Shown: positions 23,869 through 36,281 of the stretch, one piece after another | Numbering within the stretch: position 1 is the first letter of the stretch | Layout of the letters: the number at the start of each line of letters is the position of its first letter | Assembly: GCF_006345805.1 (NCBI RefSeq) | Contig: NC_043010.1 | Span: 6,572,001 to 6,636,000, forward strand | Source of the DNA: Octopus sinensis | Lineage: Eukaryota | Reading direction: 5' to 3' | DNA: 64,000 nt | Notes under the pieces: generated by a model | What the model saw: only the letters and a program-made list of their open reading frames with translations | Databases searched by the model: none | Told to the model about the DNA's origin: nothing | Position numbers and translations under genes: made by a program

Positions 23869-25841
23869 ATAATGAACAAGCAAAACACTTGGCATCATTC
23901 AAGAATATTTACTAATTCAAGAATATTTAATTTATAATTAAAAATATAAACATAGTGCAGAGGAGTTATGCTCTTTTATTTGTTTCAGTCATTGAATCTG
24001 AAAAAAAATTAAAAAATTAAAAAATATATGTGATAGTCATGGTTGGAATGCTTTTGATTATAGGTCTGCTTACTGGATTAGGATTGAAAATGGAGTTAAA
24101 CAGCAACAGCAACAACAATATCAGTGAGTCACGGGACAACTACAACAACCCATCCCAATACTTTAAGCATTGCAACAAAGACTCGTGGGATGATAATGTT
24201 GAACTTAATACACTATGTTTGAAAAAAAAAACCATGATAATTCTGTCATGTGGCTTCTTCCATCAGAGTTGATTGGATGCAAAACAATAACATGTGACAG
24301 TCACATTTGATCAAACCTTACAGTTGACTGGATCAATATTTCATATTATATCAATATCAGTTTTACTGCAATGTGCTTTTCAGTAAGCTCACCAAACCTT
24401 CAATGACTCAGATTATCTCGCTGCAAATAGATGCCAATGATAACGTTTCCTTCAGATGGCAGATCTATGTTGAAAATCCTTCTATAAACAAGTAACAAGC
24501 AAATGAAAAGCCTTTTGTAGTATCTTCTCTTTTGAATTCTTAATGTTCTGTGGTAAATTCTGTTATCAGAGCATTGGAAAGACATTATTTTATGATCTCA
24601 TAGACAAATGTTAATCTATAACTAACATAAAGATTAATATGATCAGTTTTTATCTTGTCTTTTTTTATGGTCAGTGGCAGAAGAGTAACACCGATGGCCC
24701 TTTCAGAGACTTTGACACTGAGTGGGGATGGGGGATGTAAAGTTATCTTCAGACCCTGAGACCTGACCCAAATATTTACAACAAAGTGTCAAGTTCTCCA
24801 CTAAAGGCTCTGAAGGGTCAGGTTATGGCATTTCTCTGGAAGATGGTTTTAGATTTCTCATGGGTTTGCACAGAATTTTTCTTTATCAAATTAATGTAAT
24901 ACATCTTATATTATAATGCTTTCTGTTACCCTTTATTTTTATCTATGCCTTTTTTTTTTATATATCTATTTATATGTCCTTTTCGCTTTTTCTTTTTTTC
25001 TCACATAAATTAGCAACAATATTCTCTGCATTCTGAAATACTTATTAAGAACAATTGTTCTAGTAATTATTAGTTTTTTTCTGAATTTTTTCTTAATTGG
25101 AATATTGATGAAAGATGGAGACATATAAAAATCTTAGATCAGATTGAATGCATTTCCTAGATTGAAAACTTCGTATGAAACAAGCTTTTGGTCAAGCAGT
25201 GTCTGTAGCAACCAACACTTGCCCCATGTTCCATATAGTAAGATCAAACTGGAACCCACTTCATTGAGAAAAGAACTTCTCAACCACACAGCTATACCTG
25301 CAACCAAATATTATCTCTGATTTAATGCAGTGTTGAGAAGATGAGAAATATATCTTCCCCTTGACAAGAAACTGGTTTAACACAAATAGTTCTACAAGCT
25401 AATAAATAATCTAATTCCATAGAATAAAGCTCAGCTAACAAATTGGTTGTGGTTGGCTATATAGTTGATTGTATTGACCTTATTACATACCTGTGATACA
25501 CCAACTTCCTATGCAGCGAAAGATTTATTTCTCATCTTAACACTTCATTAAATCAGAGATAAGCACTGGTTCTATTGATCTTTCACTTTGTTAAAGATTA
25601 ACTTTTGTCTGTTGGATCATTAAAACATCAATAATGACTTTCTGATGTTCTGATAATAGAATCTACTGCAGAATGTTTTATTGAGTCCAGAGAAATGAAT
25701 TACAAAGTTAACCTTTGACCATTTCATGATTTGAACTTTTTGATGAAGCAGCATAAAAAAAACTTAATACTGCAGAACATTTAGTATGAACTTTGTAACA
25801 GAACAAAAAAAAAAAAACAAAAAAAAAACACATTAAATAGG

Positions 25842-26241
25842 CTCAGGCGTGGCTGTCTGGTAATAAATTTACTTTCTAACAACATGGTTTCAGGTTCAGT
25901 CCCACGGCATGGCACCTTGGGAAAGTGCTTTCTACTATAGCCTCAGGCCAACTAAAACCTTGTGAGTGGATTTAGTTGATGGAAACTGAAAGAAGCCCAT
26001 CATGTGTGTATGTGTGTGTGTCTTTGTGTCTGTCCTCCACCACCACCACCACCACCACCACCACCTTGACAATAGGTGTTGGTTTGTTTATATCTCTGTA
26101 ACTTAGTGGTTTGGCTAAAGAGACCAATAAGGATAAGTCTTTACACAAAAATATAAGTACTGAGGTTGATTCGTTTGACCAAAGAACTCTTCAAGGCAGT
26201 GCCCCAGCATGGCCTCAGTCTAATTGAATGAAGCAAGCAAA
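25842..26241 (+). mobile_element. Diverged SINE family A with internal (CAC)n
   Basis: Head ggcgtggctgtctggtaa, caccttgggaaagtg, tail gtgccccagcatggcctcagtctaattgaatgaagcaag. Confidence 0.75.
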
Positions 26242-27825
26242 ATATTTGAACTTTATGAATCGTCTTCTTTCTACTCCTTAATTTCAAATTCAAATTTCTA
26301 ATTCCACCCTGTGTTGTGAGAGAATGGTTATTTCCCTTGTTTCAACAACACTTGCCAGAGGGAATCAGATGTATTCCATATTTAATTGGCAGAATTGCTA
26401 AAGCAGCAGACAAAATTCTAAGCAATATTTAGTTACTTTACCTTTTATTATGAGTTCAAATCTCAGTGGTGGCTTACTTTTTCGTGATTACAGGTCAATA
26501 AAATAAAGTGCCAATCAAATACTAGATCAATGCAACTGATTGTACCATTATTTTCTTATATCCCTCCTTGTACTTATAACAGAAATTGCTGTAGAGTTCT
26601 GATATTCTTCTCATTATATTTTAAGAGTTTTTTTTGTTTTATTTCTTCATATGATGTCAAAAACTAGAGAAATACTTTGTGCTTAAAGCAGATTCATATA
26701 AAATATTTAAAATATTTAAATTTTTATTTTATCTTACATAAATAACTTAATATTATAATTATTCTAAACGATATTTATTTATCATGTAATTTTATTTCAG
26801 ATCTCTATTCTATGAGTTTATCTAGTAAAGTTCTTGTTTCTGCACTTCATGCACACATGCTTACACACACACACGCACTCACACACACACACACAAAAAC
26901 ACACGTGCTCACACACACACACGCACACACACACACACACACCACACACAAATACACACATGCTCACACACACGTGCTCACACAGAGTGAGATCGTATTT
27001 TATACTGAAATATTTTATCGACATGTTGATTTATTATATGAGACATTCATAGTTTATTCTGATTATAAATTTGTCCATATTTTCATATGGCATTAAAACA
27101 AGGTATTTTTGGTTTTGTTTTTCTTCTAACGACTTCTATTGATCTTCTGTTGAAATGGCACACAAGATAAAACTCAAAGGCTACAGGTCATAGAAATAAG
27201 CAAGCATACTGGGGACCATGCCAAGTTCATTAACTTAGTTTCGAGTTGCATAGCTTCCCTATTCCCAAACCCTTGAAATCACTAGTTCTCATGTCATGCC
27301 ATTACGGCCGTTCAAGACAGAAAGAATAATTGAAAGCTACACGCACACTTGAAAGAAAAAAAGACTTCATTAAAATAATGGCAATTTTGGTCCAATGCGC
27401 CATTGTTCGGAAGCTGAATATAGCTGCACTTTATGTATAATTTCATTTCATTCAAAAGTTTTCTCGACAAATATTTAACACACTATATTTCCTTTGACTA
27501 TTTTATTTCTGGTTCTGATATGAAAGGTCATGACATGAAAACTTTCTGCTGAACATATTTTGCTTCCTAACTGGAGCTGATGTCATTTTTTTCAACTGCT
27601 AATACTACTGAGACAGGCTTCAGTTTTCATGTATTCTCTTTATAATACTTATGAACTTGAATAGGTGTATTGCAAAGATGTCTGCATGATACCATGGGCA
27701 AATGTAGCTCTTATCATAGCCTCACATTGACCAATACTTTGTGAAGTGAATTTGGTAGATAAAAATCGTCCAGAAGCTTACCATATGCATTTGTGTATGT
27801 GTGTGTATATATATATATATATATA

Positions 27826-28105
27826 TTCGCCTTGACCATCGAAATGTGGAGTAGATGAAACAAAGGCGACTGAAGAAGGGGAATTTTCCTTGTTTTGTAT
27901 GTCCTGTACTCTATTTTTTCATTGTTTAAGAAAAATGTCCATTTCCTTGGTTTTGTGTTTATGTTTTCGTTTCTCATTGTGTTCAACGTTTTTTTTGGTG
28001 TCCTGTACCCATATATGCATGTATATATACATGTAGAGGTAGGTATGTACATATATGTATGTATATATGCATATGTTTTATTTATTTATTGATTTATTAT
28101 ATATA
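27826..28105 (+). mobile_element. Penelope-like terminal-repeat-type element between TA tracts
   Basis: Paralogue of 16350-16650; contains ctgaagaaggggaattttcctt. Confidence 0.6.
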
Positions 28106-29232
28106 TATGTGTGTGTGTGTGTGGTGTGTGTGTGTGTGTGTGTGTGTGTGTACATATAAATTTTTTTATATATCCTTTGCAAAGCTGTGCCAGCTTTGCA
28201 CCACTGAATCATATAAAACTCTACCTTCCAACTATTACTTAATCAAGATTCACAATTAGTCTCCTCTTAAAGGCAAAGGATATCTAAAACTATAACATAC
28301 TTTAATTGTATTACTTTTCCAACGAAGCAATAACTTACTGAAGGTACACCCACCCACCCACATTTCCTTGTAATGTATTAGTATAGTTGTATATAATTTT
28401 AATACCCATTGCATTCTCTCACATTGCTTTTATTTTCTCATTTTCTATTTTCATTCACATATACAGTTACTTCCTTCATCATGTTTGCTGCTACATAAAT
28501 CAATAATATATTACCAATAACAACTAGTCCATTTCAAACTTTCCTACATGGTAATAATATCCCAGAGAGACTTTACTGTTGTATCCCATAAACATAGAAC
28601 TTTGATCTAAACAAAGTTTTACCTTTTACCCTATTAATCTAATAATTTAAACCGAGATACATTTCCCTCTTTATTTTTTAATTCATATAATTATTCAGCT
28701 CTCAATCGTATAATTAGTTTAGCTTTATAAATTTAACCCAATTTATTTCATTTTCCCCTACAAACAGTTACTAACTATCTCTTGTTCATTTGTTTTTCTT
28801 CAACAGAACAACCTTAAATTATTTCAGGTATCTTCATTCATTGCAACATTTCTTTATTTAAGGTATTAACAACAGTTTACAATATCTTCTTATCGCAATA
28901 AGTTTTATAGTACATCTTCTTATGCCAACTAGAAACTATTTTAGTTTTTTTAATGTCTACATTATTTCACTAAATTTTATGTGTCATTAACTCTTCTAGT
29001 ATCTAAAAATACTAGTTTCTACTTATGGTTTCAGACCAAAATTTTGCAAAACAAATTTTTAAAAATGAAGTGTGTGTGTGTGTGTGTGTGTACATACATT
29101 CAAATATATATATATATATATCTGAATGTATGTGTACACACACATGCACACGCATTCACACACACACACACATATATATGCTTATATATACATACATACA
29201 TATGTGTATGTGTGTTTGTATATATATATATA

Positions 29233-29904
29233 TTAGGTTGTTCCAGAAGTTCTGAGCGTTTTTTAATATGCAAAAAGAGACATAAGTAATTGACTTATAG
29301 ATAAATTTTATTCCATTATTATTAATGACCTATGCCCTTTGCTCATCTATCAGGCTATTTAAATATTCCATCAGCATAAAATTTGACTGGTTTATAGTGA
29401 GAGATGCATCCTAGCTTCACTAGGTGTTCATGAGCTGTACTTTGAGAAACTTCCAGCTTCTCTGCAAGTTCTCTAGTCATGATATTTGAATTTCATTTGA
29501 TTTTTGTCTCGAAAACATCTTCAGCTCAATTTTGAAGGTCTTCTACTGTGACTGTCATCTTCCAAGCAAAACTCTCCAGCTTTAAATTTTGCAAACCAGC
29601 TTCGAACAGTTGATTCAATTACAGCATCATCACCATAAACTTCACAAATGTTTTTGCAAGTCTTTGTAGCATTTTCTCCTTTTTCAAAAAAGGATGCGAA
29701 AATGAAATTTTTGGTTATTCATTTCAAATGTCAATAAAGGGTATCCATAATGAAAGATACATCTATTTTTAGTCAGGAATAAAGAAGAGATGCAGTACTA
29801 CTTCAAGCAACACCAAAGGTTTAACTGTGTTACATTTCAGGGATGTTCAATGAAGCGCTAAAAGATTTAGCTTAAAAATGCTCAGAACTTTCTGGACAAC
29901 CTAA
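29233..29904 (-). mobile_element. Internally deleted mariner (Tc1/mariner) transposon
   Basis: TIRs ttaggttgttccagaagttctgagc / gctcagaactttctggacaacctaa flanked by TA; minus strand encodes a mariner N-terminal HTH (EKGENATKTCKNICEVYGDDAVIESTVRSWFAKFKAGEFCLEDD) joined to the C-terminal remnant KPVKFYADGIFK; catalytic DDD core absent. Confidence 0.88.
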
Positions 29905-30138
29905 TATATATGTATGTATGTGTGTTTAAACAAAATAAATATTAGCAACAGAAGTAGTATTAAAAACCGAATGGCAATTTTTATATCCTACTTAACGTGA
30001 ATGTATTGTTCAAAAACACTGAATTAGTATGGTATTCAGCTTAAGGGTTCCTCTAAGAGACACAGGCATATTGCTTGCAGAAGACAATTGTCTAGCATGG
30101 GTTATGGAAACTGCTAGATTATGTAATTTCAGTGTAGA

Positions 30139-30613
30139 TGTTGACAGTGGGAATTGGCTAGCATGCAGTGGGTGGATACTTGCTACTGATGAAGTGCCTA
30201 TATGCTGAAATCCCATGACCTAGCAGGTCTATTGCCCTTGCTAGACAATTCTCATCTGCAAGTGATATGTTTGTTTCTTAGCACTTTATGTCAATATGAG
30301 AGGATCTCTCAAGGTGAATACCTCGGTGATATGATGTTCTAACAATACTTTTATGTTAAATAGGATATAAAGTTTGCTACACACTCATGCACACACGTAC
30401 GCATGCATGCACACACACACACACACTCACACACACACTCACACACTGTCTTTAAACCATTTCTTTAAAAAAATCAATTTTGTTATTTGAAGACTTATCT
30501 ATTCTATTTTGCACATCATAATATATCTAAGATCTTTGTGGCACTTGCATATAGGCACTTCATCAGTAGCAGGTATCCACCCACTGCAGGCTAGCCAATT
30601 CCCACTGTCAACA
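30139..30613. repeat. 67-bp inverted repeat (30139-30205 / 30547-30613) containing a hammerhead-like relic
   Basis: The arms are reverse complements with about 2 mismatches; the left arm continues into tgcta-CTGATGA...GAAA...tagca. Confidence 0.75.
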
Positions 30614-31298
30614 CTTGTCTTTTGAAATCTGACTCCCTCCTGGTTACCATTTTTCACAGTTTCATAATTCCTTTTAAGTGTAATTATTTAGCTGTTTCTA
30701 TTGTAGCTAAAATCCTATAATTTGTTCTCTTTTTGAATTTCATGCATTTATTTACAGATAGTGCTTCCTAATGACTCATCAGATTTTTTTTACACAGATG
30801 CATTTTCCCTAATAGTATAATTTGTATGTTATTCAATTTTCACTTAAAATTACTATTTTCATCCAAAACCAATGTTATCATTATAATCATTGTTGTTGCC
30901 ACTGTCGCTGCTGCTGTTGCTGTTATCATTGTGATCATCATTTTATATCTGCTTGCCATATTGGCATGGGTTGGATGAGACATCACATTCAGCTTATTTC
31001 TAAGTTACAGCCCTTCTAAATGGGTTTGAAGATGACATCTCCCTTTTTAAATTTAATAATACCTCAGCTGAACATATTACAAATTGCTTTTAGTAACAAC
31101 TGGTAATTCACTCTCAACAGATTTGTCAGAAATCATCCTCTATAAGAATTTGTTTTGCATTGCATTTTATCTTCTTTGCCTCATAATTCATACAAACTAC
31201 ATGCAGTAATTTCTTAGCTTGCACGAAATTTTATCAGCATTAATCTTGAAATATCATAAACCTAAACTAGAAATCTTACCTACTCAATGATGCAGTTA

Positions 31299-31338
<40 letters not shown>

Positions 31339-31387
31339 TGTGTACAGTGCTCAGGTGCACTACAACTCATCTAAAGTGTATATATAA

Positions 31388-34152
31388 TCAGGTGAAGTTT
31401 CGGCGGATTTCGGAAAGCATGAGGGCCTTAAAAGATGCAGTGTCATGGCAGTCAACAACTGACGCAGGCAGTTTATTCCATGCTTCAGCAACTCTGAGCG
31501 TGAAAAAATGTTTCCGAAAGTCATGGGAGCTGTATTGTTTTCTGACTTTGTAGGCATGTCCACGTGTGTTAGACACATGGAGATCAAAAAGGTGTTCAGT
31601 GTTGTTGTTGGTGAGGTGGTGATAACTTTGTGGGTGTTTACCAAGTCCGTCGCCAAACGCCGGAGCTTCAGTGAATCCATGCCCAGGGAAACAAGGCGCT
31701 CAGAATATGGTAGGTGTCTGATGGAGGGTATGCGTTTGGTTGCACGTCTCTGGACAGATTCCAGGAGGTCAATGTTCTGTGCAAGATAGGGGTTCCAAAC
31801 TGATGATGCGAATTCCAAGTGTGGTCGTACCATAGCTGTATACAGTTTTAAATAGATGGCTGGAGAGCGGCTAACAAAAGACCTGCTGAGTGATGCCAAG
31901 ACACCCTCGGCCTTCCTGACAATCTTAGAGATATGCTTTGACCAACGCAGATCATTGCTGACAGTGATGCCTAGGTCACGCTCGCAAGAGGATTTCTTGA
32001 TATCAGTGTTGTGGAGGGAGTATGTGAACGCAGGGTTTTTTCTCCCAAAATGCATGGTGGTACACTTGTCCACAGCCAGTTTCAGTTGCCAGTCTGTGAT
32101 CCATTGCTGCATTGTGTCTAGGTCTGATTGCAGGAAAGAGTTGTAGACATCAGGATCTGTCCTCTTGATTTCAAGGTACAGCTTGATGTCGTCTGCATAT
32201 TTCAATACTGTGGCATTCTTTAAATTGGCATCTATGTCGTTAATGTATGCCACAAACAAGAGGGGGCCAAGGACAGATCCCTGTGGTACACCCGATGACA
32301 TCTCATATGGTGTAGAGTGCTGTCCTAGAACTGTGACTACCTCCTTTCGGCTGAGGATGAAGGATTTCAACCAGTTAAAAAGGTCATCCCCCACACCCAT
32401 TGCAGAGAGTTTCACCATAAGCCTTTTGTGTGGCACAGAGTTGAAAGCCTTAGCAAAGTCAAGGTAGACAACATCCACCCATGAGCCACTGTCAGTAATC
32501 TGAGTAATGTCCTCAAGGAACTCGACAAGCTGGTCACTGCAGCTGGAGTTAGGGACAAATCCATATTGTGAGGGTCGGATGAGACTGTGAGAGCTCCAGA
32601 AGTTCCAGAGTGTTTCTCTGACACACGATTCCATCAGTTTTGCAATACAGCTAGTGAGACTGACTGGGCGATAGTTGACAGGTGATGTGCGGTCGCCCTT
32701 TTTGAACAGAGGAATGACACTGACAGTTTTCCACTGCTCCGGAGTAGCACCATTGTTGAGACAGTACTGGAAGAAAATAGAAAGCTGGTGTAAAAGGAAG
32801 TGCCTGCCACGTTTGAGAAGCAGGTATGTAACTCCATCGAGACCAGGGGAGGCATAGTTGCGCTTATTTTGAAGGTGACGTCGCAGCATTGCAGGTGTAA
32901 ATTCCATAGTTGTTATGGAGTTTGCTGTTAGTGATGGTGAAGATGGTACATTTTGACTTTCAACAGTGAATATGTTTGCATAGCACTCGGCAATGAGTTC
33001 TGCGCATTCCTTGGGGTCGTCAGTGATCTGGTTTGTGTGAGGGTTGCGAAGAGGGCCCACTGGAGAGTGAGGTCTCTGCTTTGAGTGCACATATTTCCAG
33101 AAAACCTTGCTGTCAGGATTGGCTGCTATGCACTGTTCAAATTCAAGCACTGCTTTTTTTGTCACTTGCTTGAGATGGTTGGAGGATTTATTCCGCTTCT
33201 TCCTGTTGGTGTCTGATTTATGCAACCTGTATTCCCGTTCAGCAGTCCGACATTCCCTCCTGGCAAGTCGGACCGCTGAAGTTTCCCAAATTGCCCTTTT
33301 GGGGCGGTTCTTCTTTTTTTGTTTACGTGGCACTGATGCTGCACATGCTGCCCATATTGAGTCCAGGATACTCTGGAGTATAGTATTCACATCTCCAGAG
33401 TTGTAGAATTCACGCCAGTTTGGGTGCTGTAGTTCAGTGTGGTACAGGTTCCAATCTGCTCTCTTCCAATCGAAGGAAGCAGATTGGAGATGGTTCAGGT
33501 TTTTGTTGCCCGCAAGAGCCAGATTGGCGATGATCATAGCATGATCAGAGTCACCTAGAGGTTCCTCCGTAGTGCAATTGATAACCGCTTCAGGAGTTGT
33601 GGTGAAGAGCAGGTCCAAGGTGTTGTCGCCTCTTGTTGGAGAGGTGACTACTTGTGACCAGTTTGAGTCCAGCACAAGCTCAACAAAATCGTTTGCACTC
33701 TGTGGCCAATGGAAGGTCTCCCAATCGATCTCAGGATGATTGAAATCGCCTGCAATAAACACATAAGTGGCTGTTTTCCTGGCAGCAGCTTGGAGGACAT
33801 TGCAAAGCTGTGTGTCCCGATGGTAACTTGGGGGACGATAAACAACGCCAAGCAGGAGTGTTGACATGGTCATACGCACGTCACAGAAAAAAACTTCTTC
33901 TTGTGATTCGTTCAAATCGGCACAAGGAATTACCAAAAAATTTGAATGAACGTAGACCATCACACCACCACCACGGCGGTTAGTGCGGTCCTTACGGAAG
34001 AGGTTGTACCCCGTAATGTTGAAAACCCCATCACAGAGTAAGGAATGCGCCCATGTTTCCGTGACAGTGATGAAGTCAGGGTCAACACTTCTGACGTAGG
34101 CGTTGAACAAATGTATTTTGTTGCATAAACTGCGAGCATTTAAGGACAACAA
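31388..34152 (-). pseudogene. LINE ORF2: APE endonuclease + reverse transcriptase, with a 1-bp frameshift near 31620
   Basis: SLNARS, VTETW, AGDFN, LDLLF, SDH (APE); GVPQGSVLGPLLF and KYADD (RT); the conserved C-terminus lies in the shifted frame (track ORF 31388..31576). Confidence 0.93.
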
Positions 34153-34208
34153 TTTGTACCCTGCTCGCAGTTTATGATGGTGTGTAGAGGATGGCAGGTT
34201 GTTCTGGC

Positions 34209-35005
34209 TTAGTTTCCCTGAGTTGCTGTAGTCTTTTTAGTTATTGTGGGTAGAGAGCACTCAGACCAGCTGGTATCTCTCTTCCACGTTTCAGCAGTCT
34301 TGACAAATCTCCAGATTTGTCCATCTTCCCGAAGACTGAAGCTTTCCTGTAGAGCTGAGTTCCTATTCAGGGAAGCCACTACACGTAGCTTCGGACATAC
34401 ATTGGACGGTAAGCCTGGGCGTGTTCGGAAGGTGGTCCGATTTTCCCGCCCAGCTTTAACTGAGGCCAGATGGTAAGAGGTTGCCTCAGTGGGGTCCGTA
34501 AAAGACAACTTGATGAGCCTAGGTTTTGGGCCAGGTCGTCCAAGGCGGATAGCACCCGTTGGGGGAACGCAGCCTAGGTCTTTGGCTGAGTTGGCAGCAA
34601 AAGCCTGAGTTGGCAGCAAAAGCCTGAGTTGGCAGCAAAAGATCAGCCATGTCTTCTGGCACCCCAATGGCAATGACTTCATGGGTGGCAGAATCCGCGG
34701 TCTTAAATGCGACAAGAGGTACAGGTACAGGGAGGTTCTTTAGCAGAGCATTCCGTTAAGACCCCTCATTGTGGAGTCCAACCTGAATGGTTGCTTTTAT
34801 TCCTGCTACTTCCCCTTTTAAAGCACAGATCGATTGTTGCAGTTCTGCAAGAACCGCACTGGTCAATTGGTGTTGTTGTTGTTGCTGCTGTTGCTCTGGT
34901 TGTGGTTGATTTTGTTGTTGCTGTTGTTGTTGTTGATGTTGTTGTTGCTGCTGCTCTGGTTGTGGTTGATTTTGTTGTGCTGCTGCTCTGGTTGTGGTTG
35001 ATTTG

Positions 35006-35039
<34 letters not shown>

Positions 35040-35433
35040 CTGGTTGTGGTTGATTTTGTTGTTGCTGCTGTTGCTGTTCCGCCTCCTCCACGGGAGTGGC
35101 AGGGGGAGACACAATCGTCGGTTGTGGAGGCACGCAGGCCTGACACTGAAAAGTCCAAGATTTAAGCTGAACCATCTTCCAGAGTCTATCCATCATAGCA
35201 TTATGATGGCTCTTTTTTTGGCCTGGGATCTTCTGAAAGTCCGTGGCACATTGGAGGCAGACAGAGATGAGACATGTCCCACATTCGACCCAGCGATTAC
35301 GGAACGTATTTTCGGGTTCCGTACAGATGTGGCAGGTGTGATTTTCTGGGCAGTGTTCTATTTTAGAGCAGCGACCAGTCTTATCGCACGCCGCTATGGA
35401 TTTCACCATGGCGATTCTGTTGGTTCTGGTCAT
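34209..35433 (-). pseudogene. LINE ORF1: PHD-like zinc finger, polyQ linker, coiled coil, RRM-like region; in-frame stop at 34756-34758 and 19-bp duplication frameshift
   Basis: CHIC...WVECGTCLISVCLQC...WTFQCQAC; reading through the TAA gives EVIAIGVPED; removing one ctgagttggcagcaaaagc unit (three copies at 34586-34641) rejoins AIRLGRPGPKPRLIKLSF...TQGN*. Confidence 0.82.
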
Positions 35434-35857
35434 CCGTAGAGACAGAAAATGTAAACAACAATACGATAAAAGTAAAATATAAAATATTTGTTTTTGATTC
35501 GTTCTTTTTTGTGTTATTTCTTTAACTCTCTTACTGTATTCATCTTCAAGTAGTTGCTTTCATCCTAACAATTTTAAAAGTAACCATACAATTTAATCTT
35601 ATTTTAAATGAGTGAGTTTATAAAGCAACTGGTTTTAACACATACTGTTGAATACACTTTTGTTTATCATAAAGTCTCTCTCCCCCTCTCTCTCTCTCTG
35701 TCTATCTCTCTCTACACATGTTTTCAGATGTCAACAGTCATACCAAAATCAGATGATTTTTTTCTGCTATTTGATCCATGACTGAAACCCTTGACAGGTA
35801 CAAATGTATGTATACACATATATGACTGAATGAACAAATAGAAGAAAAAAGGTTATA

Positions 35858-36281
35858 GGTGCAGGAGTGGCTGTGTGGTAAGTAGCTTGCTAACAAACCA
35901 CATGGTTCCAGGTTCAGTCCCACTGCGTGGCATCTTGGGCAAGTGTCTTCTGCTATAGCCCCGGGCCGACCAATGCCTTGTGAGTGGATTTGGTAGACGG
36001 AGACTGAAAGAAGTCTGTCGTATATATGTATATGTATGTATATATGTGTGTGTGTGTTTGTGTGTCTGTGTTTGTCCCCCTAGCATTGCTTTACAACCGA
36101 TGCTGGTGTGTTTACATCCCCGTCACTTAGCGGTTCGGCAAAAGAAACCGATAGAATAAGTACTGGGCTTACAAAGAATAAGTCCCGGGGTCGATTTGCT
36201 CGACTAAAGGCGTTGCTCCAGCATGGCCGCAGTCAAATGACTGAAACAAGTAAAAGAGTAAAAGAGTAAAGAGTAAAGAGT
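35858..36281 (+). mobile_element. SINE family A, full length
   Basis: Aligns end to end with 10203-10636. Confidence 0.9.

Larger units (their letters stand above)
31300..35450 (-). mobile_element. Near-full-length CR1-clade non-LTR retrotransposon (LINE)
   Basis: ORF1 plus APE-RT ORF2, CR1-type C-terminus TRGH..K...RKHFF..RV...WNKLP, short 3'UTR with stem-loop agtgc-acctga-gcact, (ATT)n tail at 31300-31338; 5' end approximate, no TSD found. Confidence 0.93.

Noticed and set aside
31508-33406. Plus-strand ORFs of 60-100 aa overlapping the LINE
   Set aside because: Antisense shadows of ORF2.
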